Source of the DNA: a virus
Taxonomy: Duplodnaviria; Heunggongvirae; Uroviricota; Caudoviricetes
Reading direction: 5' to 3' (one strand)
Length of the DNA: 36,308 nucleotides
IMG/VR virus record: IMGVR_UViG_2563366905_000008
The notes under the pieces are model-generated. The model was not told the origin of the DNA and did no database searches. It saw nothing but the letters and a program-made list of their open reading frames with translations. The position numbers and the translations under genes were made by a program. Position 1 is the first letter of the stretch; each line of letters opens with the position of its first letter. This document shows, piece by piece, positions 8,817-16,169 of this stretch.

Positions 8817-9728
8817 TTATGCCTCCAGCCCGTTAATCTGTGGCGTCGGCTCAGTCAGCCATGAAGGCGCGACATCGCCTGTTGGCTCGTCCGGCAGGTC
8901 AAATGTGGAGCGCAGGCTACGCGCTGTGCTTTCCAGTTGACAGACCAGGCCTGCCATGAAGTCTCTGGGGGTATCAATCATGTTTTCAGCACAATATGCA
9001 CACAGCGTCTCAAAAGCGCTGGACAGTCGGACGGCGATAGCTGATTCCGCCTCAACCGCTAACGCTGTCACTTCCGCCCGCAGTTTCTTCACCTCTTCGT
9101 CAGGCTCAGGCGGCTGAATACGGGATTTCTTCTCCAGTCTGGTGGAGAGTGAGTCTATTTTTTCATTTTTGTCGGCCAGCACGCGCTGTTGTGCTGCGTT
9201 GGTTTCGCGGGCTTCGCGAAGAGACTGACGCAATTCACGTACTGACATGCGATCAACGTCGTCAAGCGTCAGTCCGGCAACTGTGCCACCGTCGGCCAGT
9301 TCGGCAAGGTCTTCATCATCCTCTAACATCAATTCGTACAGTTTTGATCTTCCCAAATGCGAAAACGTTTTCGCTTTTGATGTCAGCTCTGGAGATAAAA
9401 ACTTCAGAGCAGCTTGGGCCATTTTTTGGGCTATGCGTGGCTCAAGGTTCAACTGTTCTTTGACGATTTGTACGTATTCTCCATGAGGTTCATTTTCCTT
9501 CAGGATAACCAAACGTTTACCTGCCTCCAGCATAGCCTCCGCACTCTGGTCCATATAAAACCGAGTTTCGTGAACGATGCGATTACGTTCATAGGGCAGG
9601 CCGTCGCCGAACTGCTGCATGATCTCCATACGATGCTGTGTCATGGCATTCAGGCTGACGTTGAGATCATCAGACAGCGGTATCTCGGCGTTCAGTTCAG
9701 TGCTAACCGGTGATTTGGTGCGTCCCAT
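8817..9728 (-). CDS. Hypothetical protein (303 aa) upstream of transposase
   Basis: AAGGAG RBS; stop is tightly coupled to the transposase start; coiled-coil-rich middle region. Confidence 0.55.
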   Translation of the reverse strand: MGRTKSPVSTELNAEIPLSDDLNVSLNAMTQHRMEIMQQFGDGLPYERNRIVHETRFYMDQSAEAMLEAGKRLVILKENEPHGEYVQIVKEQLNLEPRIAQKMAQAALKFLSPELTSKAKTFSHLGRSKLYELMLEDDEDLAELADGGTVAGLTLDDVDRMSVRELRQSLREARETNAAQQRVLADKNEKIDSLSTRLEKKSRIQPPEPDEEVKKLRAEVTALAVEAESAIAVRLSSAFETLCAYCAENMIDTPRDFMAGLVCQLESTARSLRSTFDLPDEPTGDVAPSWLTEPTPQINGLEA

Positions 9729-9738
9729 TGATTACTCC

Positions 9739-10047
9739 TTACAAACGACTACCTGAAATGACACGTTGGTTGATTTCGTTAATACGATCCTGCGCTCGTG
9801 CCATCTCGTTACTGTGAGCCATGGCGATCTGCAGTAACTGGATGCCAGGAGCAAAACGTCCATTCTCCAGTTTCAGGGCCAGCCCTTCTTCAATGAGGGT
9901 GTTGAGTGCCCGGTTGATGTTTGCCGGTGACTCGTGCAGTGCTGCTGCCAGTTCACCGTTGGAAATACCGTTCAGGGCATGACCGCGCAGCGCTTTGAGT
10001 ACCCGGAGGATGCGACTGCCGGAGCTTGAAACATTCGTCTTACTCAT
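9739..10047 (-). CDS. Winged-HTH DNA-binding protein, hypothetical regulator
   Basis: Track ORF 9739..10053; the ATG at 10047 has better SD spacing. Product contains an HTH-like segment ISNGELAAALHESPANINRALNTLIEEGLA. Confidence 0.5.
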   Translation of the reverse strand: MSKTNVSSSGSRILRVLKALRGHALNGISNGELAAALHESPANINRALNTLIEEGLALKLENGRFAPGIQLLQIAMAHSNEMARAQDRINEINQRVISGSRL

Positions 10048-10099
10048 CTGCATACCTCTTTTTCAATATGTGATAATCTTTTTCGCATGCTGTATCTTT

Positions 10100-10288
10100 T
10101 TAAGCGGCGTCAGTGATGGTTTTTAATCCCAGCTTGACGGCGATTTCATGGGCTTTGCCATAGTTCGCTTTTACCTGTCCATTCAGTACGCGGTAAACCT
10201 CTGCTCGGGTGTAGTTGTTCTGTTTTGCCCACTGGGTAAAGGTGATTCCGTTGCGGCGGAAATGGGCTTTGACCTGCTCTGCAGTCAT
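10100..10288 (-). CDS. Small HTH DNA-binding protein (Cro/Ner-like early regulator)
   Basis: 62 aa; divergent from the repressor gene; AAGGAGG RBS; first gene of the minus-strand early operon. Confidence 0.6.
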   Translation of the reverse strand: MTAEQVKAHFRRNGITFTQWAKQNNYTRAEVYRVLNGQVKANYGKAHEIAVKLGLKTITDAA

Positions 10289-10340
10289 TGTTGCCTCCTT
10301 TATTAACGCAATGATGTTTGCTCTATATATGTTAGATTAT

Positions 10341-10358
10341 TATCCCAAAAATGGGATA
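10341..10358. promoter_or_regulatory. Candidate operator: 18-bp palindrome TATCCCAAAAATGGGATA
   Basis: Perfect inverted repeat TATCCCA-AAAA-TGGGATA in the divergent region between the Cro/Ner-like and repressor genes. Confidence 0.4.
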
Positions 10359-10728
10359 TGTAAATAGGTATTGGACAAAAATGTCACTTGGCTCACGATT
10401 AAAAGAAGAAAGAAACCGCCTAGGATTTAGTCAGTCTGAGTTTGCTGAATTGGTGGGGGCATCCTATAAAAGCCAATTGCGGTGGGAAAAGGATGAATCC
10501 GCTCCCGGAGCAGATGCTTTGGCAATTTGGGCTACTTTAGGGCTTGACGTGCTTTACGTTGTTACAGGACAGAGAGGGGATGTAATGACCAATGTTGTCC
10601 CAAAAATGTCACCAGAAAAACAAAAATTAATGGACGCATTTGATGAAATGACTCCGGAACAACGACGCTCATTTCTTGAGGTTGGGCGATTCTATACTCA
10701 ACCCAAACCAAGTAAATTTACAGGCTGA
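10351..10728 (+). CDS. XRE-family HTH repressor (immunity repressor candidate)
   Basis: HTH motif LGFSQSEFAELVGASYKSQLRWEKDE; divergent from the early operon. Alternative start at ATG 10381 (MSLGSRLKEE...) is plausible because the first start lies inside the palindrome. Confidence 0.7.
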   Translation: MGYVNRYWTKMSLGSRLKEERNRLGFSQSEFAELVGASYKSQLRWEKDESAPGADALAIWATLGLDVLYVVTGQRGDVMTNVVPKMSPEKQKLMDAFDEMTPEQRRSFLEVGRFYTQPKPSKFTG

Positions 10729-10814
10729 TTCTGACCCGGACACAAAGGACAGGTGGTTGATCTGGACGCTTTCAGAAAGCGCCGTCAGTAGCATGGCAGG
10801 AATGGGCTGATTTA

Positions 10815-10845
10815 CCGGAAAGCATTGTGCTTTCCGGTTTTGTTT
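10815..10845 (+). terminator. Intrinsic terminator downstream of repressor gene
   Basis: Perfect 9-bp stem CCGGAAAGC / GCTTTCCGG with 5-nt loop, followed by TTTTGTTT; abuts the stop of the convergent methyltransferase gene. Confidence 0.55.
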
Positions 10846-11609
10846 CAGAAGTTGCAGATTACCAGTTCACGGCGCGGCGTGGGTTTACCCGCCAGACTGT
10901 AGTTGATATTCACCGTCTGTATGTTCAGTTCAGTGAACACCCGACGCATCTGCGGAATGTCGTTCACCGAGATAATCATCTTTCCTCTGATGCACCGGGC
11001 CAGTTCTGCGAGTAGTGTGTAGTTCTCTTCAGGAAAATCCACACCATAGCCTTCCGTACCCAGGTACGGTGGGTCGCAGTAGAACAGCGTGTGCGGACGA
11101 TCATAACGCTCAATGCACTGTTGCCAGTCCATGTGTTCTATGACTGTTCTGGAAAGCCGCAGGTGTGCTGCTGACAGTTCTTCTTCAATACGCAGCAGGT
11201 TGAAGCGTGGCGGGGATGTGGTGGAGGTACCGAAGCTGTGCTCTGCCACCTTGCCGCCAAACGCCTGCTTCTGAAGGTAGTAGAACCGTGCCGCACGCTG
11301 GATATCCGTCAGTGTTTCTTCCGGGGTGATCTGCAGCCATTTGTAGATCTGACGGCTGACCAGCGCCCATTTGAACTGGCGGACAAATTCTTCCAGGTGA
11401 TGCTTTACCACCCGGTACAGATTCACCAGTTCACCGTTGATATCATTAATGACTTCGATCTTGCCGGGTGTCTTAAGAAAATAGAGCGCTGCTGCCCCAC
11501 AGAACGGCTCCACATAACATTCATGCGCCGGAAACAGCGGCAGAATGTGTTTTGCAAGGCGGCGTTTGCCACCAATCCATGGAACGATGGGTAATGTCTG
11601 CATTTTCAT
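10845..11609 (-). CDS. DNA N6-adenine methyltransferase (Dam-like, D12 class)
   Basis: 254 aa; AdoMet-binding motif EPFCGAAALYF near the N-terminus and catalytic DPPY motif (FYCDPPYLGTEGY). Confidence 0.85.
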   Translation of the reverse strand: MKMQTLPIVPWIGGKRRLAKHILPLFPAHECYVEPFCGAAALYFLKTPGKIEVINDINGELVNLYRVVKHHLEEFVRQFKWALVSRQIYKWLQITPEETLTDIQRAARFYYLQKQAFGGKVAEHSFGTSTTSPPRFNLLRIEEELSAAHLRLSRTVIEHMDWQQCIERYDRPHTLFYCDPPYLGTEGYGVDFPEENYTLLAELARCIRGKMIISVNDIPQMRRVFTELNIQTVNINYSLAGKPTPRRELVICNF

Positions 11610-11800
11610 AATCTGTAAGCCTTTTACAATTATTAAAAATATGGCAGGCTAGTCTGGTCTCGCGAGACTGACTGAACCTCGGTCGGCTCACAGCCACTTC
11701 TGTGGGACGATGGCCAGTCCGGTGGGTCCGAAGCACCGGGCTGGTCGTTCTTTCATGATGCGGCAGGGATAGTGGGATTTCTGTTAATGTGGTTTAGGGA

Positions 11801-12016
11801 TTATCCGGGGTGATTGTCTGCCTTTATCTGGTCCAGGGCATAAGTGATCCCTTCTGCAAAAACAGAAGTATCGAACTGCTTTTGTATTTCCTGAAAATGA
11901 ACAGTGGCACGACAGATACTCAGTTCTCCGCGATGTAACCGGATAATATCTTCCAGAACATTGTTCACTGCTTCGGCACGGCGCTGATGTTCTGTTAACG
12001 TTAATCGGGGATTCAT
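11801..12016 (-). CDS. Hypothetical small protein (71 aa)
   Basis: AAGGAG RBS 6 nt upstream of ATG at 12016; AT-richer than surrounding phage genes. Its start codon overlaps the divergent plus-strand ORF. Confidence 0.4.
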   Translation of the reverse strand: MNPRLTLTEHQRRAEAVNNVLEDIIRLHRGELSICRATVHFQEIQKQFDTSVFAEGITYALDQIKADNHPG

Positions 12017-12419
12017 GATGCACTCCTTAAATGATGATTTTTATGTACTCACCGGCAAAATATTCTGCCGATTACTGAACACGCATCCGGCACCTCAGGT
12101 TTTGATTTATTCTGGTTTTTTCCATATCCCGGACCAGGTTGATCACGACCAGAAAAAGTGCCGGTATTTTATTGATACGCTGATATGGCTTCGGGATAAC
12201 AGCTATATTCGTTACTCTCAGTTGCTGGCTGTGGGAGCGGCTGATGTCGTCCTCACGGAAAAAACGCTCTGTCTGCTCAATGCCATGCCGACCTTTCTGC
12301 AGCCCCGGCCCGTACCATTTAAAGAGTTGCTTCTGGATGCAGTAAAAACCGGCGAAAATGCAGTCATCGCTGAATGCGTATCCCGGATTATGCGTTACGT
12401 GTTTAATGAACGTAAGTGA
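12015..12419 (+). CDS. Hypothetical protein (134 aa)
   Basis: Uninterrupted 134-codon ORF in an AT-richer stretch where no minus-strand ORF exists. Weak RBS. The 3' end overlaps the convergent P-loop gene by 25 bp. Confidence 0.4.
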   Translation: MMHSLNDDFYVLTGKIFCRLLNTHPAPQVLIYSGFFHIPDQVDHDQKKCRYFIDTLIWLRDNSYIRYSQLLAVGAADVVLTEKTLCLLNAMPTFLQPRPVPFKELLLDAVKTGENAVIAECVSRIMRYVFNERK

Positions 12420-13138
12420 GGTTTATCTGCTGTCTGCATAATCCCGATAGCCAGTGCGAGGGGAAGTAATTCCGGGGAAACTCTTTCAAACAGCGATGCC
12501 CATTCTCCTCTCGCCATCACTCTGTCCAGCCCGCCCCCCAGCTGCATTTCAGCAATCTTCCTGATTTCCCGGAACAACGCCGCTTTGATCTCTTCATGCT
12601 CAGCTTTATTTTCCGGTGTCAGAATGTATTCGTCGAAGAACCGGGGAGGCTGGTTAACGGGGATTGTGTTTACCGGGATGTGTTCCTGTTTCCCGTACTT
12701 CGGGGACGAACAACATTCTGTTGGCTGACCGGTGAGTTTACGTAACTCCTTCATGAGCAGCTCCTGATCGTAAACTGTCATCAGTGCCGCAATGGTGGCA
12801 TGCAGTGCATCGGGCAGTATCCAGGGTTGCCGGCCCGTGGGGCATATAACATCCAGTAGCTCATTCGTCCGACAGATACGCTCCTCGCCGTATGACAACA
12901 GGCCCTGTCCCGTGTATTCCTCCAGCCTGATCACTGTGCCAGCCCGTGGCTTCTGCCAGGTCGTCAGATCATCGCCACTCATACGGCGCTCACCGTCCAC
13001 GTCTGCGGCATCGACAATGACGCTGTTTCCGAGTTCCTGTTTCACCACTTCCTCTATCCGCGCCAGTACGTAACTTTTACCGCTGCCCACAGGACCGGAC
13101 ACGGTGACAGTGATGACCGGATTCAGTGTATGTGTCAT
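12395..13138 (-). CDS. P-loop NTPase, small kinase-like protein, function unknown
   Basis: 247 aa; Walker A GPVGSGKS at residues 15-22, followed by an hhhhD-like VIVDAAD; GAGGAGA RBS 7 nt upstream of ATG. Confidence 0.6.
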   Translation of the reverse strand: MTHTLNPVITVTVSGPVGSGKSYVLARIEEVVKQELGNSVIVDAADVDGERRMSGDDLTTWQKPRAGTVIRLEEYTGQGLLSYGEERICRTNELLDVICPTGRQPWILPDALHATIAALMTVYDQELLMKELRKLTGQPTECCSSPKYGKQEHIPVNTIPVNQPPRFFDEYILTPENKAEHEEIKAALFREIRKIAEMQLGGGLDRVMARGEWASLFERVSPELLPLALAIGIMQTADKPHLRSLNT

Positions 13139-13198
13139 GTTGCATTCTCCTCTGTGAATAATTCATCGTTTATCCTGCACATCCCGTATCCCCGGCTC

Positions 13199-13218
13199 TC
13201 TTAACGCGCTTTAAAATC
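13199..13218 (+). promoter_or_regulatory. Candidate late promoter element, copy 1 of TCTTAA-N5-TTTAAWATC
   Basis: TCTTAAcgcgcTTTAAAATC, 50 bp upstream of the first lysis gene; same motif and spacing recur at 26296 and 32647. Confidence 0.35.
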
Positions 13219-13268
13219 CTTCGCGCCCTGTATTTGTGATGCTGTCTCCACCAGACAAGGAGACACAC

Positions 13269-13619
13269 ATGAAAAACCTGAAAAAATTCATTCCCCCTGT
13301 TAAAAAACCTCGCCTCAGCGGCTGGCTGCTGACCTCAGTGCTGTTGCTGGGCACCATCGCTCTGGTCTCACCACAGCAGTTACCTGTTGTGATCTACAAG
13401 CTGGCACTCATCACACTGGCAGCAGTGCTGGGTTACTGGCTTGACCGTTCGCTCTTCCCCAAAGCCCGTCCCGGTCAGTACCTGAAACATGACGACAGGC
13501 TGATGGCTGAAGGGCGTTTCCCTGTGCAGACCGGCCTTCACCTTGTATTTTCTGCTGCGTTAATCCGCCGTGCACTGATTGTTGCAGCGGTCTGTCTGGC
13601 TGTGGCAACAGGACTGTGA
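13269..13619 (+). CDS. Membrane protein, holin candidate
   Basis: AAGGAGA RBS 5 nt before ATG at 13269; about three hydrophobic helices; immediately precedes the endolysin gene. Confidence 0.5.
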   Translation: MKNLKKFIPPVKKPRLSGWLLTSVLLLGTIALVSPQQLPVVIYKLALITLAAVLGYWLDRSLFPKARPGQYLKHDDRLMAEGRFPVQTGLHLVFSAALIRRALIVAAVCLAVATGL

Positions 13620-13621
13620 CC

Positions 13622-14350
13622 ATGAACTGGCCTCAAATCACCCTCATTATTCTGTTCGCCTTTGGTCTGGGCGTAACCGCCATCAGACACGGCGAACCAC
13701 GTAACGATAAATACAGCTTCTGGTGGCAGCTTGCTGGCAACCTGGTGATTGTCTGGCTGCTCTGGTGTGGCGGCTTTTTCAGCCAGGCATGCGCAGCACA
13801 ACCTCCGCAGGCTGCGCTGCAGTATCGCGATGATGTGATCCGTAATGCCCGGCTTGAATGGGGACTGTCTGCGCCGGTGGCCGATTTCGCCGCGCAACTG
13901 CATCAGGAAAGCGGCTGGCGACCTGATGCGGTCTCGCCGGCTGGCGCTCAGGGACTGGCGCAGTTCATGCCCGCCACTGCTGACTGGATAAGTCAGCTGA
14001 TGCCGGGGCTTAACAGCCGTGAGCCGTTTAATCCGGCATGGGCCATCCGGGCGCTGGTCAGCTATGACCGCTGGCTGTGGCAGCGCGTCAGCGCCGCCAG
14101 TGACTGCGAGCGTATGGCCATGACACTGTCGGGCTATAACGGTGGTCTGGGCTGGGTACAACGGGACAGGCGGCTTGCATCACAGAAAGGTCTGGACAGC
14201 ACCCGCTGGTTCGGACATGTCGCCACGGTGAATGCCGGACGCAATGCGGCCAGCTGGCGGGAGAACCGCCATTATCCGCAGCGCATCCTGCGCGAACTGG
14301 CACCGCGATATCTCACATGGGGAGGCAGCAGTTGTGTGGCATCTGGTTAA
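13622..14350 (+). CDS. Lytic transglycosylase endolysin (SLT domain) with N-terminal signal-anchor
   Basis: N-terminal hydrophobic segment ITLIILFAFGLGVTAI; SLT-type catalytic region QLHQESGWRPDAVSPAGAQGLAQFMPAT. Confidence 0.8.
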   Translation: MNWPQITLIILFAFGLGVTAIRHGEPRNDKYSFWWQLAGNLVIVWLLWCGGFFSQACAAQPPQAALQYRDDVIRNARLEWGLSAPVADFAAQLHQESGWRPDAVSPAGAQGLAQFMPATADWISQLMPGLNSREPFNPAWAIRALVSYDRWLWQRVSAASDCERMAMTLSGYNGGLGWVQRDRRLASQKGLDSTRWFGHVATVNAGRNAASWRENRHYPQRILRELAPRYLTWGGSSCVASG

Positions 14351-14984
14351 AAAGCTGCCGTGGCGCGGCATTCTGCTGGTCATTCTTATCAATGCCTTTC
14401 TGGTCGGCCTGTATGCCATGGGATACAGAAGTGGTCATGACTCTGCAAAGCGTGACGGTGATACCGCGCTCAGTCAGTTGCAGTCAGCATTTGACGCGTA
14501 CAAAACGGAGCAGGCAACGCTTGAGAATGCTGCGCTGCGGGCCTGGGCCAGACGGTATCAGGAGCAGGTGGCTGCCGGGCAGCGGGCTGAAGCCGGTTAT
14601 CTTGAGCAGATTGCTCAACTGGAGAGCCGGAATAAACAACTACAGGGGCAAATTAACGATGTCACACAGCGCTGGATTGATGAAAAAGGTAAGAGCCATC
14701 CCATTGAGTGCGTGTTTACTCGCGGTTTCGTGCGCCAGTACAACGCCGCACTCGGATATGACAACGCATCCGTCGACAGCGGTCATTCAGACTCAGTTGC
14801 CGCCGCTGGCACCCGCTCTGGCACAGCGACCGGGCAACCTGAAACCGCTGACGCCCGGTTACGCAATTCGGGTGTCTCCCAGCGTGACGTCCTCGCCAAC
14901 ATCATCGACAACGCAGGGCAATGTCGTCGCTGGCGAAACCAGATAAACGCGCTGCTGGATGAACGGGAAGGATTACAGAAATGA
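14334..14984 (+). CDS. i-spanin (Rz-like): N-terminal TM plus coiled coil
   Basis: GTG at 14334 with GGAGG 8 nt upstream; N-terminal TM WRGILLVILINAFLVGLYAM followed by a Gln/Ala-rich helical region. Confidence 0.55.
   Translation: MWHLVKKLPWRGILLVILINAFLVGLYAMGYRSGHDSAKRDGDTALSQLQSAFDAYKTEQATLENAALRAWARRYQEQVAAGQRAEAGYLEQIAQLESRNKQLQGQINDVTQRWIDEKGKSHPIECVFTRGFVRQYNAALGYDNASVDSGHSDSVAAAGTRSGTATGQPETADARLRNSGVSQRDVLANIIDNAGQCRRWRNQINALLDEREGLQK
14680..14946 (+). CDS. o-spanin (Rz1-like lipoprotein) nested in the +1 frame of the i-spanin gene
   Basis: MKKVRAIPLSACLLAVSC: signal peptide with lipobox-like AVSC, then a proline-rich mature region (PPLAPALAQRPGNLKPLTPGY). Confidence 0.55.
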   Translation: MKKVRAIPLSACLLAVSCASTTPHSDMTTHPSTAVIQTQLPPLAPALAQRPGNLKPLTPGYAIRVSPSVTSSPTSSTTQGNVVAGETR

Positions 14985-15307
14985 CACTGCAGGTTGAATT
15001 CTGGACGGTGGTGGGCTTTCTCATCACCTTCATGAGCTTTGTTGGCGGTATGGCCAAATGGCTGTTCAGTAAAGCGGAGGAACGTCAGGCTGCACGATTC
15101 GCCTCCCTTGAACAGGCCCTGCAACAGTCCGCCTCCAACTGGGGCGAGCTGGAAAAGGAATTTATGCGATTTAAAGCGGATTTACCGCTGAATTATGTCC
15201 GTCGCGAGGATTATATCCGTGGCCAGACAGTCATCGAGGCCAAACTGGACGCACTTTACAACAAACTGGAAGTGGTACAGCAGTACCGCAATACCGGAGG
15301 TCAATAA
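14981..15307 (+). CDS. Membrane protein (108 aa), lysis-associated candidate
   Basis: N-terminal TM FWTVVGFLITFMSFVGGMA followed by a coiled-coil region; ATGA overlap with the i-spanin stop. Confidence 0.5.
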   Translation: MTLQVEFWTVVGFLITFMSFVGGMAKWLFSKAEERQAARFASLEQALQQSASNWGELEKEFMRFKADLPLNYVRREDYIRGQTVIEAKLDALYNKLEVVQQYRNTGGQ

Positions 15308-15618
15308 TGGTCGATATTACCCGGGTACGCCGCGAATCCCTGCGCTGGAGTCTGCTGGTTGCCCTGAACAAAACCCGCCCTTACACCGCCAGCGAAACGT
15401 TGCTGCTGGACGTGTCCCGTGCCATCTACCCGGACACCACGCAACTGGAGCTGCGCCGGGAGCTTGATTATCTGGCAGATCGCAAAATGGTGGAGCTGGA
15501 GAAGAGACCGTCCGGTGACTGGTTTGCCGATCTGAGTCGCCTTGGTGTGGATATTGTGGAATACACCGTGGAATGCGGCCCGGGTATTGCCCGCCCGGAA
15601 AAATACTGGAGTGAGTGA
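15307..15618 (+). CDS. Hypothetical late protein (103 aa)
   Basis: ORF with coupled start/stop in the late operon, upstream of the terminase genes. Confidence 0.5.
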   Translation: MVDITRVRRESLRWSLLVALNKTRPYTASETLLLDVSRAIYPDTTQLELRRELDYLADRKMVELEKRPSGDWFADLSRLGVDIVEYTVECGPGIARPEKYWSE

Positions 15619-16169
15619 TTATGGGACGTCGCAGCAGCATTGATTCTCTGCCGACGGAGGTCCGCCGCTGGCTGGAGCGGGCACTGACGGAGAATAACTT
15701 CAGTGGATATGCCCGGCTGGAAGCCCTGCTGAAGGAGAAGGGATACGTCATCACCCGCTCTTCCCTGCAGCGGTTTGGCTACAAAATGGAGCGACAACTG
15801 GCCCGCATCCGCGCCGCCACCGAGGCCGCGCGTCTGATGGCACAGGAAGCCGGTGACGAGGCGGACGATCGTTCTGCCGGGATGATGGCACTGATTCAGA
15901 CCGAGATGCTGGATGTTCTGATGCGTCTGCAGGAAATCGGGGAAAATGATGACCCTGCAAAACGCGCAAAACTGCTGGCCACTGCTTCGGAAAGTATAGC
16001 CACACTGGTACGTGCTTCGGTGACCCACAAGCGATTCCGGGCCGAGGTTCTGGCAAAAATTGAGGCCCGGATGAATGCTCTGGAAAAACAGGCGAAGTCC
16101 GGTGACACCCGCCTGAGTCTGGAAACCCTGAAGATGGTGCGGGAACAGATTTACGGGGTGATCTCATGA
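15615..16169 (+). CDS. Terminase small subunit-like protein (Mu gp27-like)
   Basis: N-terminus MGRRSSIDSLPTEVRRWLERAL matches the conserved start of Mu gp27-family proteins as I recall it; immediately upstream of the large terminase. Confidence 0.6.
   Translation: MIMGRRSSIDSLPTEVRRWLERALTENNFSGYARLEALLKEKGYVITRSSLQRFGYKMERQLARIRAATEAARLMAQEAGDEADDRSAGMMALIQTEMLDVLMRLQEIGENDDPAKRAKLLATASESIATLVRASVTHKRFRAEVLAKIEARMNALEKQAKSGDTRLSLETLKMVREQIYGVIS

Noticed and set aside
11784-12023. 79-aa minus-strand ORF in an alternative frame to the 71-aa ORF
   Set aside because: Cys/Arg/Ser-rich implausible product; the 71-aa frame has a strong AAGGAG RBS and a more protein-like sequence.
14317-14946. Full-length 209-aa ORF in the +1 frame of the i-spanin region
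   Set aside because: The N-terminal 120 residues are Cys/Arg/Trp-rich and implausible; only the C-terminal part starting at ATG 14680 (lipoprotein signal plus proline-rich region) is called as o-spanin.
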